This document shows, one piece after another, positions 1 to 8,002 of a stretch of DNA of 52,754 nucleotides (its first letter is position 1; each line of letters starts with the position of its first letter). This DNA comes from a virus. The position numbers and the translations under genes are program-made. The notes under the pieces are model-generated. The model searched no databases. It saw only the letters and a program-made list of their open reading frames with translations, and was not told the origin of the DNA. The stretch lies in the IMG/VR virus record IMGVR_UViG_3300028902_000450; one strand, written 5' to 3'.

Positions 1-141
1 GGCTGGCTCGGCTCGTCGTCGGTGTTTTCATGGACGGCAGCGGGAGTCGTTTCGCTCAACGGCAGCGCGGTGGTCGGCAACTCGTTGTCTGCGGACAAGG
101 TGAGTTTTACCGCTCCGACGATTTCGGGTCTCACCCTCACC
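1..141. repeat. Terminal direct repeat, left copy (identical to 52614-52754)
   Basis: Read directly: bases 1-141 (ggctggctcggctcgtcg...ggtctcaccctcacc) recur exactly at 52614-52754. This implies a 52,613-bp circular, permuted or terminally redundant unit. Confidence 0.95.
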
Positions 142-1677
142 AACAATTCGCCGTCAGCGGGCTATGTCGCGTGGTCGAGTTTCACCCTGACCTATCAGGG
201 CGTGAGTTACACCGTTGCAAGCGGCAACAGCAATTCAAAATACATCTATTGGAAAAAATCTGTCTCGACGACCGTGCTGCAAGCGAGCGCGACGATTCCC
301 GCCAACGCGCCCGATATGTTTATTGTGTGCGTGAATTTTTCGGGAACGGCGTATCAGAGCAATTTCGCTCCTTTCGTTTACGCAGACTATATCAGCGTCG
401 GAAACCTCGCAGCCATTAGCGCGGCAATGGGAACGCTGACCAGCGGAACGATTGTCGGGTCGCGCATTGCCACCAGCGATACGGGCGCCCGCACCGAGCT
501 GCACTATAACAATTTGTTCGGGTTGGGGTTCGGCGGCATCGGCGGCACGGACGGGACAACGACACAGTGGTATGCCAAAGCCAGCGACGGAAAAATTTAC
601 GCGGGCGGCGGAAATCTCACAATTGACGCGAACGGTCTGCGCTTTGTGCAAGGGTCGAGTGGGACGAATTCGGTCGAGTGGTATTCCGGTGCAAACGTTG
701 TCGGGCGTGCGTATGCGGTTGACGACGGAAGTTTGTTCAACACGCTTTATCTGTCAGGACGCGGCGTCACCGGCACTCGCAATGGGCGCATCTATTGCAC
801 AGTCACAGATTCCGCCGGAGCGACGACGGGGTTGTTTGTGGTCAGTGATAACAGTGTGCAATTAAGCAACGCCAATTTGGTTTGGAATACAGACAACGCC
901 TACGACTTGGGATACTATGGCTCGACTGCGTATCGCCCGCGCAATGTGTATGTCGCCGAAAAAATTTTTCTGAACGAAACCGCCAACGCGAATGCTGCCA
1001 CTGCGAGTATCACAATCCATCAAGGCGGAAATAACAATGAGGCATTTGCAATCAAGCGCACCAGTGTCGCGCACGGTATGACCTCGCTGACCGAAACGGA
1101 TACGTATGGTACAATCAAACCATTTCAAACGACCAATGGCGCACTTGGCATCTCGGGGTATTCGGCGTCAACCATCGGCATTAACTTGGGGGGCTATTAC
1201 ACGACGGGAAATACATCCCGCTCCACGTCGGCAGTCGGTGGGGTTGTCGTGGATGCGTATAAAAAATCGGGCGGCGGCAAGACAACGCCTGCGGCAAATG
1301 AAAATTTGTTTGTCGTGCGGAGCAACACGGCGGCGAAATTTTTGGTGGATGCGGAAGGTGATATTCACATGGACGCGACGAGTAATATCAATGCGTGGGA
1401 TGACCACGACGACGTGGCGCTATTGGAAGCGTATCGCGTCAAAACCGCGCAGCCGCCCAATTATCGTCGCGAGTTCGCACACGATGTAGAAAAGTATGCG
1501 CAGATTCTGCACGACACGGGCGTATTGACCCTCAACCCGGACGGGCATCATTTTGTCAGCATGAAAGGATTGTTTGGGCTGACGATTGATGCGCTGCGGC
1601 AGTTGGCGCTGCGTGTGGACCGTTACGAGCGCGCGTTGGTTGCGCTGGGCGTGGACGCGCGTTCGCTGGACGCATAA
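1..1677 (+). CDS. Tail fibre protein, C-terminal part (same ORF as 50559-52754 across the junction; about 1243 aa in total)
   Basis: The frame of ORF 22-1677 stays open back to base 1 and is in phase with the stop-free frame 50559-52754. The sequence is G/S/T/N-rich and beta-type. The last ~90 aa (DDHDDVALLEAY..YAQILHDTGVL..GLTIDALRQLALRVDRYERAL) resemble the intramolecular-chaperone (peptidase S74-like) module of fibres and spikes. Confidence 0.8.
   Translation, partial: GWLGSSSVFSWTAAGVVSLNGSAVVGNSLSADKVSFTAPTISGLTLTNNSPSAGYVAWSSFTLTYQGVSYTVASGNSNSKYIYWKKSVSTTVLQASATIPANAPDMFIVCVNFSGTAYQSNFAPFVYADYISVGNLAAISAAMGTLTSGTIVGSRIATSDTGARTELHYNNLFGLGFGGIGGTDGTTTQWYAKASDGKIYAGGGNLTIDANGLRFVQGSSGTNSVEWYSGANVVGRAYAVDDGSLFNTLYLSGRGVTGTRNGRIYCTVTDSAGATTGLFVVSDNSVQLSNANLVWNTDNAYDLGYYGSTAYRPRNVYVAEKIFLNETANANAATASITIHQGGNNNEAFAIKRTSVAHGMTSLTETDTYGTIKPFQTTNGALGISGYSASTIGINLGGYYTTGNTSRSTSAVGGVVVDAYKKSGGGKTTPAANENLFVVRSNTAAKFLVDAEGDIHMDATSNINAWDDHDDVALLEAYRVKTAQPPNYRREFAHDVEKYAQILHDTGVLTLNPDGHHFVSMKGLFGLTIDALRQLALRVDRYERALVALGVDARSLDA
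85..99. repeat. Dyad motif copy TTGTCTGCGGACAAG
   Basis: In the tail fibre gene, in frame as LSADK. It is duplicated at 52698-52712 by the terminal overlap. Confidence 0.9.
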
Positions 1678-1715
1678 TCCGAAACTCGTTTCGGATTATG
1701 CAAGGAGAAAAAAAC

Positions 1716-2114
1716 ATGAACGTAAAATTAGGCGATTTGGTCAACAGCGAAAACGCGCTGGCGGCATTGGCGCAAGACGACGTGAGCGCGCGCATGTCGT
1801 TCACGCTTGCGCTCGTGCTCAAAGAGGTCGGCAAGCATCTCGACGCCAAACGCGCGGCGCATCTCAAGTTGCTGGAAAAATACGGCACGCCGCGCGAAAA
1901 GAACCCCAACAACTTTGACATCAAGCCCGAACAACGCGAGGCATTTGATGCGGAATTCAAAGACTTGCTCGAGACGGAAGTAACGCTCAATGGTATCGGC
2001 AAGATTCGCGCGTCGGCATTGGAAACGGAAGGCGTGAAATTTTCGGGCGAAGAGAGATTGGCGTTAAGTTGGCTGCTGAAAGAAGATGTGCAGCCAATGT
2101 TTGAGGATGCATAG
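1716..2114 (+). CDS. Hypothetical protein (132 aa) downstream of the tail fibre
   Basis: ORF 1698-2114. The ATG at 1716 follows AAGGAG (1702-1707). No family was recognised. Confidence 0.6.
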   Translation: MNVKLGDLVNSENALAALAQDDVSARMSFTLALVLKEVGKHLDAKRAAHLKLLEKYGTPREKNPNNFDIKPEQREAFDAEFKDLLETEVTLNGIGKIRASALETEGVKFSGEERLALSWLLKEDVQPMFEDA

Positions 2115-2283
2115 CGGGCAAGGGGAGCGCGCCCGCGAACGGTATTACCAACGGTTCGCCGCATCTACCACGCGGGCGCGCAGTGATGTGTGGTTAACCA
2201 TGCGCGTATTGTAGCAGAACGCTCGTTCTGTCGCAAACGCGTTTGCGCGCAAAAAAGACGCTGCCGAGGGGTGCTCATTAAGA

Positions 2284-2610
2284 TTACGCGGGAGTTGTAG
2301 GGGAGTCAATGTCGGCACGGGCGGGAGTCGTTGCGGGCGTTTTCGGCGTTGGCGCGCGTTCGACATACGTCCCTGCCAACCGCGCGCGGATTTCAAACAA
2401 GAGCGAAATCAATTCCGCCAAGCCCAACGAGACGAGCGCGACCGCAATCAACAATACGCCGTTCAGCAGCGTCCCCCAACCGGCGGTATTGTACGGTTGC
2501 AGCACTTGGGCGCATCCGGACAGCGTCCACAAGATGCCGCCAAGCAAGAGCAGCACCCCGCCGATTCGATACAACCATCCCAGCAACTGCAAAAACGAAT
2601 ATGTTTTCAC
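2284..2610 (-). CDS. Small membrane protein (108 aa, two predicted TM helices, Pro/Thr-rich tail)
   Basis: Hydrophobic stretches LLGWLYRIGGVLLLLGGILW and LLNGVLLIAVALVSLGLAELISLLF. The GTG start overlaps the stop of the upstream antitoxin-like gene (GTGA). Confidence 0.6.
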   Translation of the reverse strand: MKTYSFLQLLGWLYRIGGVLLLLGGILWTLSGCAQVLQPYNTAGWGTLLNGVLLIAVALVSLGLAELISLLFEIRARLAGTYVERAPTPKTPATTPARADIDSPTTPA

Positions 2611-2927
2611 GGCGTGTCTCCACGTTGGCGTGTGGATGCGTTATCGGCGAGTTTGCGAATCGCCTTGCTCAAGTTCTTGTCCACACGTCCCAAGATTTTG
2701 AGATGTCGCGCCGAGAGATACACTTTTTTGGCGACGAGGGGTTCGGGCGCGGGCTTGCGCCCTGCCCCCGGACGCGCGCCGCCGCGTGCACCGACGATTT
2801 CTTTTTCGCGATGCGCGAAGCGGTTGGGTTTCGCTTTCGCCGCGTCCAAGTCGTACAAGGGCATCACGTCGTCGTCGGCAGTCATCGTGCCGGGCGGGAC
2901 GCCCCTAGAATCTTTTTGTTTGCTCAT
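2607..2927 (-). CDS. Putative antitoxin in the BrnA position (106 aa, ribbon-helix-helix-like C-terminus)
   Basis: Internal ATG (MSKQKDSRG...) of ORF 2607-3035. It overlaps the brnT stop by 23 nt. The C-terminus reads KKVYLSARHLKILGRVDKNLSKAIRKLAD. Confidence 0.55.
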   Translation of the reverse strand: MSKQKDSRGVPPGTMTADDDVMPLYDLDAAKAKPNRFAHREKEIVGARGGARPGAGRKPAPEPLVAKKVYLSARHLKILGRVDKNLSKAIRKLADNASTRQRGDTP

Positions 2928-3195
2928 ATTGCTTGCGCTCCTTCGGTTCGGCGCGGCGTGCGCTGATGAGGCGCGCCACGTCGCCGCGTTCGGTAAAGAC
3001 CACCAACAGCAACCGATTGCGATTCGAGTAACCAATCAAAATATCGCGTACTTCGTCGTCGGAATGCAGTTCGTCGGGATAGATAAAGGCAAATTCATCG
3101 TCAAAGCACGTCGCCGCTTCGTCAAACGTGACGCCGTGCCGCTTTACGTTTCGTTCGGCTTTGTCGTCGTCCCATTCGATTCGCAGTTTTGGCAT
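2905..3195 (-). CDS. brnT: BrnT-family (DUF497) type II toxin, 96 aa
   Basis: N-terminal IEWDDDKAERNVKRHGVTFDEA and C-terminal RLISARRAEPKERKQYE match the BrnT/DUF497 signature. Confidence 0.8.
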   Translation of the reverse strand: MPKLRIEWDDDKAERNVKRHGVTFDEAATCFDDEFAFIYPDELHSDDEVRDILIGYSNRNRLLLVVFTERGDVARLISARRAEPKERKQYEQTKRF

Positions 3196-3264
3196 TGTTT
3201 GTCCCTCGTTTGACTGTTTGAATTATATCCCACTTTTCAATAATACGCTAGGCGCGCACAGTGG

Positions 3265-4266
3265 TTACAAATCTTCACCCGTCAACGCGCGCCGAATCGC
3301 GGCGTGCTGCCCGATGCCCTTGTCACGGATGTAACGTCGCAGCATGTCGGCGCTCTTGTGTTTTGTGACTTCTTGAATCTCGTACTCGGGCGTGCCGTCT
3401 TGCGCCGCCTGCGTGACGAATCCTGCGCGCAAGCTGTGACCGCCGTACTGCGCGCTGTCTGCGGACAAGGGCAAATCCCGCTTGACGATGAACGCCACAC
3501 TGCGCGGACTCATGCGCGCTTTCGACGGATGCCCCCAGCGGTCAATCTTGCGGAATAATGGACCGTCGGTAATCTCCGCCGCCGCAAGCCACTGCTCGAG
3601 TGCGGCGACCGGACACATCTCTGGCGTGGCAGCCACACGCGGAATGCGTTTGACAATCCCGCGTCCTTCTTGGTCCGTCTTTGATTTGCGCAGCGTCACA
3701 ATCATTTCGTCGAGACGCAGCTGCACGTCGGACACATCAAGCCCGGTGAGTTCGGATTGGCGAAACGCGCCCGCGTACCCGAGCAAAAGCAGCGCGCGGT
3801 CGCGCACGTTGACGAGCGTATCCTCTTGCAAGCGCAAAAGAATCTCGGCGAGAAATTCGCGCGTGATGGGTTCTTTTTGCCCTGGGCGCGTTTTGCGCTG
3901 CCGTCGAATACCGCGCATGATGACCGTCACGCGCGGGTCTTGGGTTGGGTCATCCAGCTTGTGCATCCGGTGATGATACGAAATCGCGGCGAGCGTGACT
4001 TGAATCCACGAGACGCTTTTTTCTTCGTCTGCCATGAACGTGATGCAGTCCAGCACCGCCTCGACGGATGCCGGCAGGGCAGGGTGATGCTTCCAATTAC
4101 AAAAAAATTGAAAGCCCGCGAACGCATCTCGATATGTATCGTCCGTGCCTTGCGCGATGTGCGAGCCGAAATAATTCAAGATGCGCGCTTGCGATTCGTC
4201 GGACAAAGAACGTCCGTTGGACAATGCGGTCTCGTGCGGAACGGTTAAAGCAGAAGTGGTTTTCAT
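3265..4266 (-). CDS. Tyrosine recombinase, Cre-like architecture (333 aa)
   Basis: Catalytic signature: AGAFRQSEL (Arg), RKSKTDQEG, GHSLRAGFVTQAAQDG, KHKSADMLRRYIRD (Tyr). The C-terminal layout parallels P1 Cre (HSARVG...NIVMNYIRN). The start was taken at MKTTSAL (ATG at 4266). Confidence 0.85.
   Translation of the reverse strand: MKTTSALTVPHETALSNGRSLSDESQARILNYFGSHIAQGTDDTYRDAFAGFQFFCNWKHHPALPASVEAVLDCITFMADEEKSVSWIQVTLAAISYHHRMHKLDDPTQDPRVTVIMRGIRRQRKTRPGQKEPITREFLAEILLRLQEDTLVNVRDRALLLLGYAGAFRQSELTGLDVSDVQLRLDEMIVTLRKSKTDQEGRGIVKRIPRVAATPEMCPVAALEQWLAAAEITDGPLFRKIDRWGHPSKARMSPRSVAFIVKRDLPLSADSAQYGGHSLRAGFVTQAAQDGTPEYEIQEVTKHKSADMLRRYIRDKGIGQHAAIRRALTGEDL
3455..3469. repeat. Dyad motif copy CTGTCTGCGGACAAG (14 of 15)
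   Basis: In the Cre-like gene (minus strand), in frame as LSADS. Confidence 0.85.
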
Positions 4267-4283
4267 GTCTTTTTGTTGTCTAG

Positions 4284-4307
4284 TTACCAAAAGGGTTCTT
4301 TTGGTAA
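4284..4307. repeat. Perfect 10-bp inverted repeat TTACCAAAAG-ggtt-CTTTTGGTAA, 18 nt upstream of the Cre-like gene
   Basis: Read directly. It can also be parsed as 8-bp arms around an 8-bp core. It may be a lox-like site or an operator. No U-tract follows it on the minus strand. Confidence 0.5.
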
Positions 4308-4368
4308 GTTAGAAATAGCGCGAAAAACGCGGCGCGCAGACGACCGCGAACGCGCGCCGCGAAGATTT

Positions 4369-4680
4369 TTAGTTTGATTCCGAACGCGCGTCCGCTTCTT
4401 GCGCGGCGAGTTTCTGATGTGCGTCCACCGCGCGTTGCAGATACTCAAACTCTTGCGTCGAGATGCGATAGCCGCTCTGCCCTACTCGGCTGTCATAAAT
4501 CTGAAGTGGTGCGGCGACGATGGCGACCGCTGCGCGCGTGATGTCGAGTTGCGCTTCGGCGCGACGTTGCCACAAATCGCGCTCCTGCTCGAGCAATTCA
4601 ATGCGCGCCCGAAATTCTGCGCGCAAACGCGGATAGCCGAATTCGTATTGCTCGGACTGCCATTCAATATCGGGACACAT
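4369..4680 (-). CDS. Hypothetical coiled-coil protein (103 aa)
   Basis: ORF with plausible composition, co-oriented in the leftward operon. Confidence 0.55.
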   Translation of the reverse strand: MCPDIEWQSEQYEFGYPRLRAEFRARIELLEQERDLWQRRAEAQLDITRAAVAIVAAPLQIYDSRVGQSGYRISTQEFEYLQRAVDAHQKLAAQEADARSESN

Positions 4681-5040
4681 CAGAACGGGAGTTCCTCTTC
4701 GCTCATTGAGCCGCCGTCGCCAACGGTCTCCATGCCCATCTCATCCGCGTGTTCTTCGGCGCGCGATGTGCTGCCCTCCCCTTTCGGAGAGAGAAAGCGC
4801 ACGAGCGTTGCGCGCACTTCAAACGATGCGCCGACTGTATCATCGCGGCGACGATAGGTGCGCGGTCCGCCCGTTTTTTCATCTACGACGAGTTGTCCTT
4901 CAACCAAAACCTTTTTGCCTTTGGCGAGGTATTGGCCGCGACGTGGCGACTTGAAATTGTGTGACCGACGTGCCGTTTGGCGTATAGCGCATCTCCGGGT
5001 CACGTCCGAGATTGCCGACAATGATTATGCGTTGGTACAT
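4680..5040 (-). pseudogene. ssb: Single-stranded DNA-binding protein gene, disrupted (N- and C-terminal parts in different frames)
   Basis: The frame starting at 5040 gives [35 protein letters not shown] and stops at 4900. The +1 frame gives [28 protein letters not shown]...GGSMSEEELPF (acidic SSB tip) and ends at 4680. The central ~25-30 aa of the OB fold are absent. Confidence 0.7.
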
Positions 5041-5498
5041 GATGCCTCCGTGTATGGATGTTCCTGTAAAAATTTTTGAATCTGCCGAATCGTTTCCCAC
5101 TCGCGCGCGGTGAATTCCAGCGTGCGAGTGATGTCGAGAATCTCAAAGCGCACAACCCAAAACTCGTCGCCGTACTCGCGGTCATTCTCAAACTTGAATC
5201 GCAAGATGGTGTGTTCCCACATCTTGGGCTTGAAACGCGGAATCTTGTCGAGAAATTCAAACCCTTCGCCCGCGTAATCGCGGTCCGGCATCAACGCTTC
5301 CGATTCTTTGTACGGTTTCTCAAGCAAGCGAATCGTGCCGAATTGTTTGCCGCCCGCGCGAAACGTCTTATCGAGCGCGCCGACGACCTCGCCTTTTTGA
5401 AAACGCGCGGCATAGTCGTCGTCCCATTCGCGGCGGGTCACATCTTTGCAGCGCGCCTGCACGGCTGCCGTTGTCAATGCGAATGAAATGTGTCTCAT
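5025..5498 (-). CDS. Hypothetical protein, possibly ASCH/PUA-like (157 aa)
   Basis: [25 protein letters not shown] resembles ASCH-type N-termini, but the match is weak. ATGA coupling to the upstream gene. Confidence 0.5.
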   Translation of the reverse strand: MRHISFALTTAAVQARCKDVTRREWDDDYAARFQKGEVVGALDKTFRAGGKQFGTIRLLEKPYKESEALMPDRDYAGEGFEFLDKIPRFKPKMWEHTILRFKFENDREYGDEFWVVRFEILDITRTLEFTAREWETIRQIQKFLQEHPYTEASCTNA

Positions 5499-5893
5499 TC
5501 TGCCTCCTTCCAATACAAATCCACCCAATAAAACAATTCTGCTGCACCGTCATATTCTGCCGCGTCTGCCGGCACTTGCAGGTCGCGGCGAAAGGTCTTG
5601 ATTTCATTCTGCCAACGCTTGAGACGCGCGGCGCCGCCAATGCGCGTCTCGGATGGAGTCGAGAAATCGTTGAGCGGACTCAAGCCCTTGCGCGCGATGC
5701 GCAAGAAAAATTTTTGGTCGGCGCGGTAATACACCATCGCCAGTTTCGCCTTGTTGGCAAGCGGTTGACGTGGTTCGACCATCGTGTCGGGACGCGCCCG
5801 CGCGTCCCGCTTGAGTTGCATGCCGATTTCGACGAGGGTGTTTGCTGAACGCGCGGCGGGCGTGGGCGCGGTGTGGGTTGATGTGAGTGTCAT
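5495..5893 (-). CDS. Hypothetical protein (132 aa)
   Basis: ORF with ATGA overlaps to both neighbours (HerA-like upstream, 5025-5498 downstream). Confidence 0.6.
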   Translation of the reverse strand: MTLTSTHTAPTPAARSANTLVEIGMQLKRDARARPDTMVEPRQPLANKAKLAMVYYRADQKFFLRIARKGLSPLNDFSTPSETRIGGAARLKRWQNEIKTFRRDLQVPADAAEYDGAAELFYWVDLYWKEAE

Positions 5894-7131
5894 GGTTCAC
5901 CTCGACAACGGATTGTGCAGCACGATGCGCTCGCCGTGACGCACCGCGATTTTGTTTGGGTTACGGGCGGCGCGTTCTGGACGCGTTCGATGGCATCGTG
6001 AATCGAGCGCAGTTCGACTGCAATGGGGTCAATCAACGCAGTCAAGCCCTGCGTGAGAGGAATAACAAAATCATTGCTCATGCGGTCCAGCGCGGCTTCG
6101 AGCCGCGGCAACTGCCCGTTCAGCACCGGCTTTTCGATGACTTGAATCTCGACACGCGGTTCCGGTGTTTCGACGACGCTCAACACGGGACGCGCGGTCA
6201 ATTCGCGTTTCAAACGCGCGTTCTCGGAGCGCAAGTGTTCGAGCATGTCCGATTCTTCGCGCGCCTGCGCGGGAATGTCCCCCAGCTGTGCGACGAGGGA
6301 TTCAATCACGTCCGACGCTTTCGGCACGACAAAATCTTGCGTGCCCGATTTCGGTCGTTCGGTTTGCGGCTTGTCGGCGACAAAGTGAATAACGCCCTTT
6401 TGACTCGACACCAGCGCCGGACCAAACGCGTACCATTCGCCCGCGCCCATATCGCGCAGCAGCGGATAGTCTGCTGTTTTCAGTCCGAGAATGTCTCCCG
6501 CGCGCTTTTGGTCCACGTCGAGCACGGTGCCGCCGATGAAAACGTTTTTCGCGTCGGCGATGCCGTCCTTGTCAATTTTGCTGAATCGCTGTGTGGCGAC
6601 GATTTCGCAAAACTCGCGTTTGCGTCCCTGCGACATCATATTGACGACCGCCGCGCGGGACGGTGTATTGCCCTTTTCGGGCGCATAGATGTGCGCCTCG
6701 TCGAGCATGATGAGCATCGGATGCCACATGCTTTTTGGCACGTTCAGCAGCGCGGCGAGGAATTCCGCGACGAACGCGCGGCGTCCTTCGAGTTCGAGGT
6801 CGTAGAGATTCACGACCGCAGAGATACGCATGTCGGCGAGACGCCGCGCGAGCATGGCGGCGCTTTCGACTGTAATCGGCACGTCACGTCCATCCCCGAC
6901 GAGCAAAACATCCAGCACTTTGCGGAGGGTGACGAATTCGTCCTCATGGTCGAGGATGATGGTTTGCATCACGCCCGCCGCGCGTTCGGCAATGAGACGC
7001 ATGAGGGTGGACTTGCCGCCGCCGCTCGATGCTTCAATCAATGCGCGCGTTTCGACGAGCTTGCGCAGGTCGAGATAGACCGGCTCGCGCGAGACCACAA
7101 GTTCGCCAATCTTGATTTGAAATTTATCCAT
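5890..7131 (-). CDS. HerA/FtsK-like (DUF87-type) P-loop ATPase, 413 aa
   Basis: Walker A EASSGGGKST, ILDHEDEF, Walker B MLIMLDEAH, and QGRKREFCEIVATQRFSKID, in HerA/DUF87 order. The ATG at 7131 is preceded by AGGAAAACA. C-terminal coiled coil. Confidence 0.75.
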   Translation of the reverse strand: MDKFQIKIGELVVSREPVYLDLRKLVETRALIEASSGGGKSTLMRLIAERAAGVMQTIILDHEDEFVTLRKVLDVLLVGDGRDVPITVESAAMLARRLADMRISAVVNLYDLELEGRRAFVAEFLAALLNVPKSMWHPMLIMLDEAHIYAPEKGNTPSRAAVVNMMSQGRKREFCEIVATQRFSKIDKDGIADAKNVFIGGTVLDVDQKRAGDILGLKTADYPLLRDMGAGEWYAFGPALVSSQKGVIHFVADKPQTERPKSGTQDFVVPKASDVIESLVAQLGDIPAQAREESDMLEHLRSENARLKRELTARPVLSVVETPEPRVEIQVIEKPVLNGQLPRLEAALDRMSNDFVIPLTQGLTALIDPIAVELRSIHDAIERVQNAPPVTQTKSRCVTASASCCTIRCRGEP

Positions 7132-7468
7132 TGTTTTCCTTGTCTGCGGACAATGCCGCGCGGGGACGCAGCATACGCCGCAAGCCGCCCGCGTCCGTTT
7201 CGCCGGGCGTCGCATCGGACACGCGCACGAGCAGCCAATCGCCGCTGTCCAATTCCCACTTGTCTTGGACGAATTTGAAATCTCCTTCGCGCCGCGCAAA
7301 ACACATCACGTCCACGAACGCGGCGTTGCGCGCAAGGACAATCTCAATCGTTTGCGGCTGCGCGAAGAGGAGCGCGAGCAGATGCTCCACCACGCTCCCG
7401 GCTTGCGGCGTTTCGATGGTCGCGGAGTTCGGCGCGGTGCGCGGCACGGGCGGCAATCCAGTTGTCAT
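7124..7468 (-). CDS. Hypothetical protein (114 aa)
   Basis: Internal ATG (MTTGLPPV) of ORF 7124-7663. Its end overlaps the HerA-like start. It contains an LSADK motif copy at its C-terminus. The start is uncertain. Confidence 0.45.
   Translation of the reverse strand: MTTGLPPVPRTAPNSATIETPQAGSVVEHLLALLFAQPQTIEIVLARNAAFVDVMCFARREGDFKFVQDKWELDSGDWLLVRVSDATPGETDAGGLRRMLRPRAALSADKENNG
7139..7154. repeat. Dyad motif copy CTTGTCTGCGGACAAT
   Basis: At the 3' end of 7124-7468 (minus strand), in frame as LSADK. It overlaps the RBS region of the HerA-like gene. Confidence 0.85.
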
Positions 7469-7715
7469 AATGCTCCTTTGTTTTGGGCGGCACATCCGAG
7501 CGGTTTTGGCTGTGTTTGTGCCAATCTGCCCCCCGATACGGGCAAGATGGATTTTCGAGCAGGTCGCAATCAAAGTCCCACCAACGGTCGCGGGGGTAAA
7601 ACCACTTTCCCCCCTTGTGGCGGTATTCTCGCCAGCCACTGATGCGTTCCTCAGCGAGCGCACGGATCGCCGCGCGGTCTATGCCCCCCCGATTCTGTAG
7701 GGGGGAACCATCCAT
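7344..7715 (-). CDS. Hypothetical Trp-rich protein (123 aa)
   Basis: ORF containing WREYRHKGGKWFYPRDRWWDFDCDLLENPSCPYRGADWH. The N-terminus overlaps iteron copy 1 and the 3' end overlaps 7124-7468. Confidence 0.45.
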   Translation of the reverse strand: MDGSPLQNRGGIDRAAIRALAEERISGWREYRHKGGKWFYPRDRWWDFDCDLLENPSCPYRGADWHKHSQNRSDVPPKTKEHYDNWIAARAAHRAELRDHRNAASRERGGASARAPLRAAAND

Positions 7716-7779
7716 GCCCCCCCGACTTGCGCCGATTTCGTCGCCATGCCCCCCCGAAAAATCGTTCTTGCCCCCCCGA
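7682..7779. repeat. Four direct copies of TGCCCCCCCGA (starts 7682, 7715, 7747, 7769), plus an inverted G6 run at 7700-7705
   Basis: Read directly. Start-to-start spacings are 33, 32 and 22 bp. The array lies mostly in the 287-bp gap between two leftward genes. Confidence 0.85.
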
Positions 7780-8002
7780 ATTACTTGCCCATTTCGTCCT
7801 GCTGTTTGCGCCGTGCCCGAATCGAGAGATACATCGCCGTCAGCGACAGTGCTTTGGCGATGAGTCCGACTATCAGCAGTGCCAGTATCAGTTTGTAACA
7901 GTCCATTTTCGTTGGATGCGTTCGCCGCATCGTCCGGGTGTTCCGCCTCCGATGCGGCGAACGCGCGTTCTATAGTCGTAACATCGGATGGGTCGGGGCG
8001 GG

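Noticed and set aside
1676-1697. 10-bp inverted repeat AATCCGAAAC/GTTTCGGATT right after the tail fibre stop, as a terminator
   Set aside because: The loop is only 2 nt and no U-tract follows. It may be a minor RNA stem, and it was not annotated as a terminator.
5887-7278. Long plus-strand ORF (463 aa) antisense to the HerA-like ATPase gene
   Set aside because: It is an Arg/His/Phe-rich shadow frame typical of GC-rich DNA, with no motifs. The opposite strand carries clear Walker A and B signatures and coupled neighbours.
7682-7779. Possible CRISPR array
   Set aside because: The repeats are only 11 bp with 11-22 bp between them. There are four copies and no cas genes, which is not CRISPR architecture.
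7615-7863. Plus-strand ORF with repeated MPPR/CPPE/LPPR peptides
   Set aside because: The peptide repeats are just the translation of the TGCCCCCCCGA iterons. One spacing (32 bp) is out of frame with the others, and no RBS is present.
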